Shown here: piece by piece, positions 44,001 to 56,000 of the stretch
Position numbering within the stretch: position 1 is the stretch's first letter
Layout of the letters: each line of letters starts with the position of its first letter
NCBI GenBank assembly: GCA_016932855.1
Contig: JAFGCB010000023.1
Location: forward strand, 4,825-68,824
DNA from: Candidatus Omnitrophota bacterium
GTDB lineage: Bacteria > Omnitrophota > Gorgyraeia > Duberdicusellales > Duberdicusellaceae
Direction of reading: 5' to 3'
DNA: 64,000 nt
Position numbers and translations under genes: made by a program
Notes under the pieces: model-generated
Database searches by the model: none
Told to the model about the DNA's origin: nothing
Seen by the model: only the letters and a program-made list of their open reading frames with translations

Positions 44001-47000
44001 GAATTAGTAATAAAATCTGCATGCCGATTTTTTTTAAGAGGACTAGAAGATAAATTCCGTATTTGAGGAAGAATATTATTGAAGGAAAGTCTATTTTTAT
44101 CAAAAACATATATCCTCGTTATCGCACTTAAAGGAACGTCTTCTGCGGCCCTGTTGCAATCATCATACCAACCGGTTATTCTTCGCTTATCAAGCTTAAC
44201 GACAACAGATATAAAGTTTTCCGTTGGGTATTCTCCTTCCGGCTCAAAGGCATAGGGTAAAGCTTTTATCGGAGAAGGATCAGTATCTATAAACGGCCTT
44301 ACTGCATGGGCAGTTACCCTTGAAAGAAGTAATCCTACTTTGGCAACCTCAAGTAAGTCTTTAATCGTTATCCTCATTCCCCGGTATCTTATATCTTGGC
44401 CTGTTTCCATTGAAGCCACAAGGCCTTTTCTTACCTTAAGTGAATTGGGCGGATTAAAATATTCCATATCCCATAAAAGTCTTCTTAATTCTTTCTCATC
44501 AGAAAAAATGCTGTCTTTTAATAATACTGAGGCTGATTTTAAAGCCTTTCTTCTTTTTCCCAAAGGAGAGCTGCCAGATGATGAAGCGGGGATTTCCGGA
44601 TATCGATATGAAAGATGGCTGGGGTTTCTATTCCGGTCGTATTTTGTAGCCTTAACCTCATTCTTTATAGCTATTAAAACTAAATCCGGTGCCCTATCCA
44701 CAAAGAAAATTCCCTGCGTTACTACGCCCGGGGTTATCTTAAGCATCCGCGCTGTCTTGGCAGGATTTATTATCATCTTCCTTGAGAAATCGGCATCGAC
44801 AATAATCCTTCTTTCACGGTCGCCGGGCCTGAATATAGAGCTATCATCGTTTCTTCGTATAGACACCTTACCTGCCCCCATAATCTTTAACATAAACTTA
44901 ACCAGATAAAAATAAGGCTGTTTTACCTCAAAGGGCAAAGAAAACTTGCCGAGAAATTCTTTCGACTTTTTACTTTCAGCGATAATAATTATCTGCCCTT
45001 CATCCTTTACCGCCCGCATATTTGCCAATTCATCGGTAAGGGCTCCTCCGCCGCCTTTGATTGCGTAGCCGTGACTGTCAACTTCATCTGCTCCGTCTAC
45101 GATAATATCTATGCCCAAACCTTTCGCTTTAAGCTCTTCAAGCTCCATTATTTCAAATCCAAGGTTTCCAAGTAATTCTCTGGTCCTTGGCGAAGAAGAA
45201 ATAACAATGATACTGTCCTTTATATCGCCGCAGAATATGTCTAATTCTTCAATAAAATGATTCCAGACATTTGTCCCGCTTCCCGCACCTAAGATCAATT
45301 TCTCGTTTAAATTCTTCTTTTTTAGGGCGGCCTCAAAGACGAGCTCAGCGGCATACTGCGAGACAAGGCGTTTCTCCTGCTCATAGTCTGAGAATTTTAA
45401 AACCCTCTTTGTTCTCTGAAAAACACTTGTTGCGTCCAAGGGCGATGAAAAAGCCTGAAGAATTATGACATCTTTATTTACTTTGCGAATATAACTTTCG
45501 GGGTAAAGACGGCGGGTTGGAGTATCTGTAAGAAAAGAAGATAAAGCGGCCCGGACACGGCTGAGGGACCATCCAGCCACGGAAGAGGTTACCCTCGGGG
45601 AATGACCGCGTCCGAACCGATTCAATACTATATTAAGATTGTTTCTTAGAAAATTAGGCAAGGAATATTTAAAGAAGAGGCCCGGGAGCGCTGGAGTACC
45701 ACCAGCCACGGTGAGGCCACTCCGGGGAAAAACGCTCCCGAACCAATCTAATACTATTTTAAAACTATTATTAAAAAAAGCAAAAGGAAGAATGACTAGG
45801 GCAGGAAGGGCGAAAGGGATAGAAGAATCAATATTAATTTGAGGTGGACTGTTTATTGATAAAGAAAGCCACTCGGAAACCTGAGCAAGACTTGCTGCCG
45901 TAAGTCCAGTGCCTATCCGGTTGCCTCTGTTATGCAACATTTTTGTTTGAAACAAAAGTGTTGCATTAAAATCGCCGCCCAGAGGAGAACTGCCGGAATT
46001 ATCTTCCGTCGGCAAGAGATAATCCTCAAGCTCAGGCCAGTCTTTTAAACAATGTTCAAAGAAATCTACAAATCGATTGCTTTCCATTCTCTCTCCGAAG
46101 GGCCCAAGCCAAGATTTTTCCAGTAAATACTGAAAATAGGCGCCGTCAACATAACCTCTTCTTTTACTGCCTATCTCCTTATCTATACCTAATAATCTAA
46201 AAGTATTTCTTACATCGCCTCTTACGGCAATATCATGCAATAAAACCATAAGATAAGCGTTGATGCTGTCAATCTTTACTGATCTTTTCTTGTTAAGAAA
46301 TTCGGATATTTTTTCAGTAAATGCAGTATTGTCAAACAGGAAAAATAAAGGCCTTAGCAGAAGCTCAGACTCTGATAAAGCCTTCAAAATATGCGGATAG
46401 AAGTGGTACAAAGCCATAAAACAGGCGTATTCATAAGGCACTAAGTCGGCAAGAAGAACCGCCTGGATATGGTGGGTGTCACTGGCTTCATCATAACGTA
46501 TGGAAGGCTTATTTCTTTCAATCGAATCGATGACGATATTTGTCTTAAGCTCTTTCTTCAACTTCGGCCGCCTGGGGAAGTTCTTAACTCTTGTATCCGA
46601 TTGCAGGAACAAATTCCTCGAAAGAAAATCAAAAATTCCCTCAAGCCGTGCCTTAAGCTGACCCTGCGCAAACTCGCCAAGGCTTTTCAGGTTTTGATTA
46701 TCCTTAAACTGAAATCCCTCTTCTGTAATAATAGCTTCGCCCAAATCAACCGATTCAAATTTAACTACTTTTTCGAAGACAGCAAATTCTTTATCCTCAT
46801 AAACTCTATCAATTATCACAAAAGCCGTCCGGTCGATTCCATCGATGACTATCGTTATCGTGGGAGTAAAAATAATATCCGGGGTATGCTTAAAAACGCT
46901 GAGCATTGACGGCCAGCCGGTCTGTTTATCTAATTCAATCGAGACGGTGGGATTAATTATGCCTCCGTGGGGCTGGGAAAAATGACAGACTTCTATGGGA

Positions 47001-50000
47001 AGCAGCTGACCAGCCTTAGATTTTAAACCAATCTCTTTTATAAAGGCCGAGCGTAAGCTATCCCAGAATCCCTCGATAGCCGGCCATTTGTTGATAAACG
47101 AACGGCTAGGCTCCCAGCGGGCCCAGTCTATTATAGCCCTGTATCTACCGTTCTGGATCTCATCAAAAATTAAAGTATGATTTTTTAAAATCTTGAAAAT
47201 TCTCTCTTGGCAGCCATCGATGTTTTCCACCTCCGGCATAATACGAGAAATATTTACGGTAACAGCTATAAATTCAGTAAAGAAGCTACCCACAAATCTT
47301 TTATTAACCTCCTCCTTTACAAACCTCTCTGATTTTACTCCCGGGCCGAAGTGGAAAATCCAATGGCTGCGATCACGCTTCTTTATCTCGGAGCGCAAGT
47401 CATAGGCTATCGATTCTAGTCTTTCCTCAAACCTCCTTAATAACCACAAAGCGATTTTTTCTCCGTAGACAGAATCGTAGCTTAGGCCGTTTACAGGGTC
47501 TATGGAGACTATAAAATCTGAATTCCACCAGGGCATAAACTCCATCTTAACCGGAGAACTGGAAAAACCTTCAGAAATCGTGAATTTGTCGCGATTTTTG
47601 AGCAATCTTGATGCTATCCTTGAGACCGGACCGTCATTTTCAAGGTCAGCTCTGTATTTCAAGCTTACTTCCACAGGCGGAGCTGAAACAATATCAAGCA
47701 CCTGAACGGAAAAATTAAAGATATTATCGAGGCTACCTAAATCCCGGCCATGCTCAGCCATAATAAATATTCTCTGCAAGTAATCTTCAACCAGAAAGTT
47801 AATCCTGTCTATCTTTGTAACTTTCTCCATATCTGCCTTTTGGGTCCACCAGTTATAAAAGAAATCATAAGCCTCGCTGGAAGCCATCTCAGACAACTGA
47901 AGCAATATTTGCCTTACCTGCGCCAGCTCAGAAAATAAAGGCACAACTACTGACACAGCGACTCCCTTATTCTCTGCGGCAATTGGGGGCTTAAGAAACC
48001 CTAGCCGATTTTCAAAGCTTTGACTCCAGCCTTTAAGAAAAACCTCAAGGCCGTGAACAAGAAAAACTTTAGGCGACAATAAATCTGTCTTATATATTGC
48101 GCGGTATTCTTTCAATTCATAAGGAACAACTATACGCAAAGCCGGAGCTAAAACCGGGGAAAGAACTGATATACAACGGTAAAGTTTAGATTGCTTATCT
48201 GGATATCCCATGGAAATAAACTCTTTAAAGTCTACTGTAAGCATATTTAAGAAAGAATCTAGCCAGGCTCCTAGTTCTTTTGCGGACTTAACGCTATTAT
48301 CCTTTTCAAAAACCTGCTTAAGCCTTCCCGCCCAAAACGCGCCCAGAATATAAACTGCTCTTTGGGCTTCAAGCCCTGACACCAGTCTGGAACGCTCCTC
48401 CTCTTTCAATTCCGGCTTATCAAGAATAAACTGGATTATAGCCCTATGCCCAGCTGAAGTACCTTTTCCTTCAAAAATATTATTTGGGTATTCGCCGCTA
48501 AGGGTCGAGTTTAAATAATCTATATCGCCATTAATCTCTTCAACCGAATCATTATCTTGTAAAAATCTATAGACAGCCCGCATGCTCGACTCAAGAGACT
48601 TAAGAGGGGAGCTTATTTCTTTCCAGGTACCGGCTAATACATATACTTCCTTAATATAGTCTCTGGTGTGTTTGCCTGATTTTCTTCCTTGCAAAAGTTC
48701 CTCCATTAAATTCAGCACTTCCTCGGCTACCCTCTCGTCTTTAACTCCAACCACCTTAACATCTGCCCTAACCCCGTCAACCAAACAAAGCTCTATTAAA
48801 CTTACAATGTTACTCGGTGCTATTCTTATATATTTATCCGGGCCTGTCTCTGCGCGCTTAATCCAAATATCAGCATTGAGCTCGCTTTCGACCGTACCAG
48901 CAAAGTCCGTTATATATACGGCGTTTCCAGCGTGCTTTCCTTTTATATCTGCCTTTACAATAATCCTTCTACTGGCTTGAACCAAAGGCGAGCTGGTTGG
49001 CTGTTGCTTAATCGAAAAAACAGAAGCATCCCCTTTTTCTCTACCTTGCTTCATCGATGCTGTGGAGGAATTTTTTATTGTTATTATCCTTTCTTTGTTT
49101 ACCGGGCTTGAAGACTTCTTTTTCTCCACAAGATGGATAATGCCTCTTAGTCCGTTTATGCGCCAGTCGGGGTCTTCAGCAAACAGCTTATCCACCATAT
49201 TATCAGTAAGTCCGACAATAAGCTCAAACTTTAAGGTCCGCAAGGCCGCAAAGCTTGTCGGAAAATAATCGGCTAATTTTTCCAGCTTCTGGGTATAGGA
49301 CCAACACCTGTCACCTATAAGCTTGCGGTAATTAAGATCACCCTTTATTATAACCAGGTCTGATTGAGCCAAATCCTGCTTTAAAGGCCGGGGCATCATC
49401 CTGAAAGATAGCGGCCTTGTCCAGAATAATTCGTCCTTAAGAACAAGCTTATCTGTACGAATATATTCCCTTAAACGCCGGGCGAAATTCCTAGAAACAG
49501 GACTATCAAAGTATTCCAAGGCTTCCAAGAAGATGTAGACGTCTTTAACCAAAGCATCGGAAATAAACTGCGGCCTGTCCTTAAGATGTACGAAAACCTT
49601 TTCCACAAGCCTCAGTTTAAGAAGAAAATCAACCATGAATAAATCAAACATCAGTTCATGACCGAAATTATCGACTATAATATCAAGGCGTTTAATGCGG
49701 CCCGATACTAAAATCCGGGCAAGCCTCCAGGCATGGTTTTTAACCAAGTTCCTACTCCATGCCTTGGCTAGAATAAATCTCTTGGTTTTTTCTTCCATGT
49801 CTTTATCACTGCCGAAAATAAAGGAAGTGCTGCACAAATCAATACGGTTGCCCCAAAGCATGCAATTTACCAGATAAAAAGCGGCGTCAACGTCTTGTAT
49901 TCCCCTCTGAGAGGTAAGATTTTCGTAAGCATTGATAAAAATATTTATCGCACCTGTCTTACCCGGCAAAGTCTCTAATTTCCGCTTTTCAAAAGGATCT

Positions 50001-53000
50001 TTTTTATTCTGAAAATATCCTATGGCTTCGGCTACGCGTATAAAAAAATAATTCTCGGCAAAAAACGACGGTAAATCCCCCCAGCTTAAACCCCCAAAAA
50101 AACCGATAAATCCGTTCCATAACCGCCTATCAGGAATATCATGCATGAGAGGCTCGGGGTCCATCCCGCTCATTAGCTCTTTAAACAAGCGGCCCAAATT
50201 CCTGACCACGTCTCTAGGATATATATTGTCTATAACAATGGTTTCGATCATCGCAGGTAAATACTCAGTTACTATCTTTTTAGCAAAAGAGCCCGGCTCT
50301 GAACACATTATTAACGGTGGCTCTCCCATAGTATCATATGGCCAAACAGTTGCTTGACGGAAGTCCACAATCTCTTCCATTGACAGCAAAACCTTTTCAA
50401 AAGAAATAAGATTCTTAACATGTTTATAGCCTTTTTCTCTTATCTGCGTCTGGGTTATGTGATTGGATAAAGATATGAAAAGTGAATTCGCCTTTTCAGG
50501 ATCATGGCCTTGATAAGGAGAGATGAAGGCTGCCTGATAGAAAATAGCCCACCAGAGATTAGGAGAACCTCGTACGCTATTATGGCGGCGATAATATTCC
50601 ATGAATGTACGCAAGAAAGCATCATCTCTCGAATGTATGCCAAAAACTGTCTCAATTTGGGACTTAACAAATAAATTCCTGTAATCCTGCATGAATTTCG
50701 CAAGAAGCTTAGCAGCTACAACCTTATCTACCAAAAAGCTAAAAACTTCTTTTACAACCTCAAGATTTTCCGCACTTATAACCCCACCCTCTAAAATAAG
50801 GCTAACCTCATTAAGAGGCCCTAAAAGAATTGCAAACTCAGGCTCGTGAAAATAAAGGTAATCTCTGTGCTCGGGGTTTAAAAAATCCTCTTTAAGTATT
50901 TTCCTGGCAAGGAACCACTTATTGTTTTTTAGATTATGCAAAATTTTTGCCGCTTTTGTGATAAACTCTTCATTTCTATTATCAACGCTCTCCCGCAAGA
51001 CCGTAAGCCTTCCCCTCTGAAGACTTTCAACTATTGCCCTGCTTTGAACCATCCGCCTATCCAAAAATTTCCCGCTAAGCCTTAAAAGGCCTTTTGTCTG
51101 ATCTAACCGCCCAAGGCTTATCAATTCCCGGGCGTATTTAATAGTAGTCCTGGCCAGGCGTTTGTGCCTTATCCTTACCCTCTTTAGCTGCTTAACCAAG
51201 GAATCCAAGTCTTTTTCAATCGGCCCCGTTATGAACTGAATATCCCTAATATGGGTAAAAACTTCTTGGCAATCGCTAAGCCAGTTTATTTCCTTAAGTT
51301 CGCTGTCAATCTGATGGTCTACTGTTCTAAAAGCCTGCCATATACTTTGATAGGAAGCATATATATAGGTAAGCACCCAGGTGCCCCAAGGCTTAATCCA
51401 TTTGTAGCGCATCTGGCGCACTCGATACTGCCCGCTCCTTACGGCCACGCCCAAAAATCTAAATCTTTCCGAATCCCGGCTAACTTCAACTCTGTCATTT
51501 TCAGCATCAAGAGAAAATATTGCTGAAACCAATAGAGAATTGGTTACTGTTGCCGGAATAGCGTTAAGGCTTTTGTTCTCTTTAGCGGCAGTAATAAGGG
51601 CCGGTAGATTTTCCGGCTTAAGGGCTCTTTCCATTTGAACAACGACTTTATCGGGAATGGCTTTTTTATAACACTCGTCGTCTTCAATCCTATCTAGCTC
51701 ATCTTGAATTTTCCCGGCTAGGTTCTGAAGCATATTTCCTATTCTCCGCTGGGATTTTCCTCTTCTTTGCAGATAAGTCCGCTTAAAATCCAGGTAATAA
51801 ATCTTTAAGTTCCATTCCATAAGCAGTTCCTCAAGACGGCCAAGGCAGGCCAGACGTTTTAATGTTGAAACCGGGCTGGAAGATAACCCAGGCGTATCCA
51901 AGGAAGCCGGGCTTGAGAAGATAAAATTATTACCGAAACCGGATAAAGCCCTTCCGCTCATAAGCCCCACAAGGCTTAACTCTCTTATAAGCAACCCATA
52001 ACCGTAATCCAGGCTTCTATCCCATGTATCAAATAATTGACGTGTCCTCTCTTTTCCTTGGCTAAAAATCCTAAATCCATAACGGCTGACAATCCCGGTA
52101 TAAGTCTCAGGAAATGTCAGGACGTATTCTATATCTTCAAAAGGGTATCCCACGATAAACCCGCAAGCTTTAACCAAGTCAGGATTATTTACATCATCTT
52201 CATTTTCATCACACCACTGAAGAATATTGGTAATATTGTCTATCCCTTCGGGTTTATCGCCATTAGAGATTAAATCAAAGATTGAACTCCTAAGCCCTGA
52301 ATCGCTAATTCCGCTTTCCAACAAAAGATTACCTTCCTGCTTAAATTTCTCCGTAAGGCCTGGCAGAAAAACCGTAAATGAAGGAAGATAAAACAATAAC
52401 TCCAAATCTTTCTGCTCGTTTTGCAAAAGACCATGTTCATCGGTTAAAGGCGTTATATCAGGATCGTTATTTTTTTCATCCACGCACTGTATGTATCCCG
52501 GCTTTATGCCTAAGAAGACCGGAAGAACATCAGGATAAAGAATTAGCTGTTTTCTTTCTCTGTCAAGGCGGTTAAAGACTTGTTTTATGCTGTTCTGCCT
52601 CGACTGCGATATGCCCAGACTAATCCTCAACTCCTCCAGGTTTATTGGGCTGGAAGTCTTCGACTTGGGACTGCTTCCAGCCACAGGAAGGTTATTACGG
52701 GAAAAACCTCTGCCAAAACGATATGGCATAGCTTGCTTAAGAGGAGAAGAAGCTGTCTTCTGGATATCCTCTGAGGATAGAGATGATCCGGAATCAGGGG
52801 CAGGATTTTTTCTTCTGCCGGAAATTAGCTTTTGTATTAAATAAATAATACCCAAGGGCAAAGGCAAGAAAGAAAGGTCTGCTTTTGATGCCCGGCTAGA
52901 CTGTATGCTTTCACTTATAGCTTCTATGGTTTGTTTAAGAAATATACCGATCTGGCCGAGGCCTATAGCCTGAATTATATGGGCAGTAAGCATTGCGAAG

Positions 53001-56000
53001 AATATACTGTAATTTACCGCCAGAAAAAGGCGCCCTATATTTGTTTTTTTCTTTAAATAGATATAGGAAATCGCGGCACAAGTAAACCCTGTAATCACTA
53101 TCGGATTAAGGTCAGTCCAGTCGTAATGGTGAGGAATAGCAAAAAATCCGGTAAGGTATATAACCGTAGCCCAGAAACCTGCTGCCCAGTAATTAAACCA
53201 CTTCTTAAGCCGTTTAGTGAAAAACCTGGCTGTAAATACGAACAAAGGAATTGCTTTAAGAATAATAATTTCCCAGGTTTTAGCCTTAATACCGGCAACA
53301 GCCTCTTTTAGCCAGAGCAAACGGTCCTGCCTTATCTGGGGAGAATTTTCCTTTATGACCTCGATAGCCTGGTTTGAATTGTCAATATTTTGAATAATAA
53401 CATAAATCAGAAATCCTGCAACAGAAGCGAAGAAGACAAAACTAAAGAGGCGGCCTAAATTCCATTTAGTCTTCATCTTGAAGACCTGTTTTGCATTAGC
53501 CCGGGTTTTCTCATTAAGTAACTTCTTAGTCCCGGCCCTATACTCTAATTTCAACCTGACTTTATTAAAAAGTAGGCCTAAAAATCCTAATCCCAGCAAA
53601 GCCAAGGAAGACAAAACCAATGCCAGGCTGAAATTAAAAGATGGATAAATATTCGATAGGCCTATTGATCCGGCATATTTAGATAAATATAAGGCTATGC
53701 CTGCCAAGCCGATGGTGACAATAGAAATAATCTTGAGTTTACTTATCCCTTTATTAACCTCTTGGTTAGCTCTTTCTCCTTTCTTCTGGTGCCATTTAGC
53801 GTCATCTACCCCGGATCTTGTTTTGCGCAGAAACTCTTCGCTGCCGATCGCGAATCTTGCGTTTGCTTTTCCCCGGCGGAACAACCGCCAACACCAATAT
53901 AATAATAAAACTTCTGCCGGCCAAAGAGCATGTATGAACGCTGCCTTGGTTGCTATAGCCACTGCCAGCAAAACACTGCTGGCAAGAAGGACTATTACGC
54001 TTACTATTTTGATAGTTCCGTAGGCGCCTTCTGCCCAGGCTCTTTCTTTTCGCGAGGCATGCCTGAATCTGGCATTAATGTCATCATCTAAAGGCCATAA
54101 ATCTTTTGTCCTTACTCCGCCCACTGGACCTACCCTGGGAAAGACAAGAAGAAATCTTCTGCCCATGGTACCTTTACGCAGACCGAACTCTCTGCTCACA
54201 TTTTTCGTATGCTCTGACGTACGGCTGTTAAAGGCGAATTTACGCAGCAATAAGGCAAAACATACCCCCATAGTTAAGAGTGTATAGACAATATTACTCT
54301 GGATAAAAGCAACTATCGCAACAGGCAAACCAACATAGAGAACAGTCTGGCCCAAGACCCAGGCAATACCCCAGCTTCTATTGTCCCTAATCTCAATGGG
54401 GAACCGGCCGCCGCTAGTGTAATCACTGCGTTTTTTTGCCATATTTTCGGCATCCACGCTAATCCTTTTATTAAGCTTTCCCACAACCAAAGCAAGTAAG
54501 CTTAAGCCTCCTACTACTGTAGCCAATATCTTTGCTGCCTGAACAGCCCAAGATACCTTAATAGCATCAACCGCCGGCTGAACCTGGCTAATGCCTTCAG
54601 CAATACCTTCAGCCCCTCTAACCAGGGCCTCGGTTGATGTTTGCACCTCAGTGACCATCTTAGGGGATTCCAAACCGAAAATAAAATATAAAGCTGTTAA
54701 TATTCCCAGGCCCAAAATCACTATGCTTAATACCTTAAAGGCACTGGTAAAACCATCTCGTCTGCCGGCTTCTTCTCTGCCTTGAGATAAAGCATTAAGC
54801 GCGCCTACATCTCCTAGCCTCGCAGTCCTGCGCCAGGCTTCCTTAAGCCCAAGCTTCCTGAACAATTTTGCAATGGGGTCTAAAATCCCGAAAGTAACGC
54901 GCTTCTTAACAAAGCCCGCCTGGACCGAAACCGTACGCTTGAATATCCAGTTAATATATATGGAAAGAAGAAGAAATACTGTACCCAGGGCAATAAATCC
55001 GACCGGACTGGTTATAAAAGCTAAGAGTTTCTGCGGAGACTGAACGTGTAAGATTGCTAATCCCGATATAATCCCCAAAGTAAACAAGAAAGGTAAACCC
55101 GCAGGGTGCTTAAAGAACTTATACAGGTTAACAAATATCTTCTTAACGCAAAAATCAGAAAAACTTCCCAGGCCCTGCCTTAAGCTAGGAAGGCTTATCT
55201 GTACTTTGGGTATATTAATTGATGGCCGCGATGTTTTTGGTTTCCGGATTTTTGGAGCAGTATAGACCTGTTCTGTTTTAACTTTTACCACGGGAGTTTT
55301 CTTAATCTTTCTTGCAGAGACAGTTTTTTCTCTTGCCGGCTTATAAACTTTAGACTTCCGAGCTATATCAACTTTGTAATCTGAAGGTAAACTTATTATC
55401 AGCCTAAGACAGGTTTTAATCGATTCGATCTGGGCTGCGTAAGGCTGGCTGACCCCAAGGGTAATTTCTATCTCCAGCCCGGATTCTTCGAAAATCTTAC
55501 TTGTTCCTCTGAGCACGCCTTGGGCTTCCTTAAATACATCGCTTTCGTATATTGCCCAGGCAAGCTCTCCAAGCCTATTGGACAAATTGCGCCTTATTTC
55601 TATGGCATCTTTGCCCGAGGAAACTTTAAATAAAGAACTCTTCAAGGACATGAAACTGTCCCGGAAATCATCATAATCAGAATTATAAGAAAAACTTCCT
55701 TTATAAGACCTTTTACTAAGCTCAAGTAAAGGCATAAGATACCAGATAGCTTCCAACATGCTCTCTATGCGCCATAAGTCGGAAAATTCCGGACCCTGCC
55801 CCAGCTCAATGTTCCTAAAGTCAGCGGCTACTTTTTCGCTGCTAAAACTTATCTTAAAAAGAATGAATTCCGCAAGCTCCCGGTAAGAGCTGAAGACACG
55901 CAGATGAAAACAATCCTTTTCTCCAAACCGGCTGTATGCGCTTTCCTTAACTGTTAAGGATTTTAAAAGCCGCTCGCTCATCTGTCTGTTTAGCGAATCT

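Noticed and set aside
45185-45205. SSSP inside the RpiA module as a module delimiter
   Set aside because: It falls at the usual (V)xTS position within the RpiA fold, so it is probably incidental.
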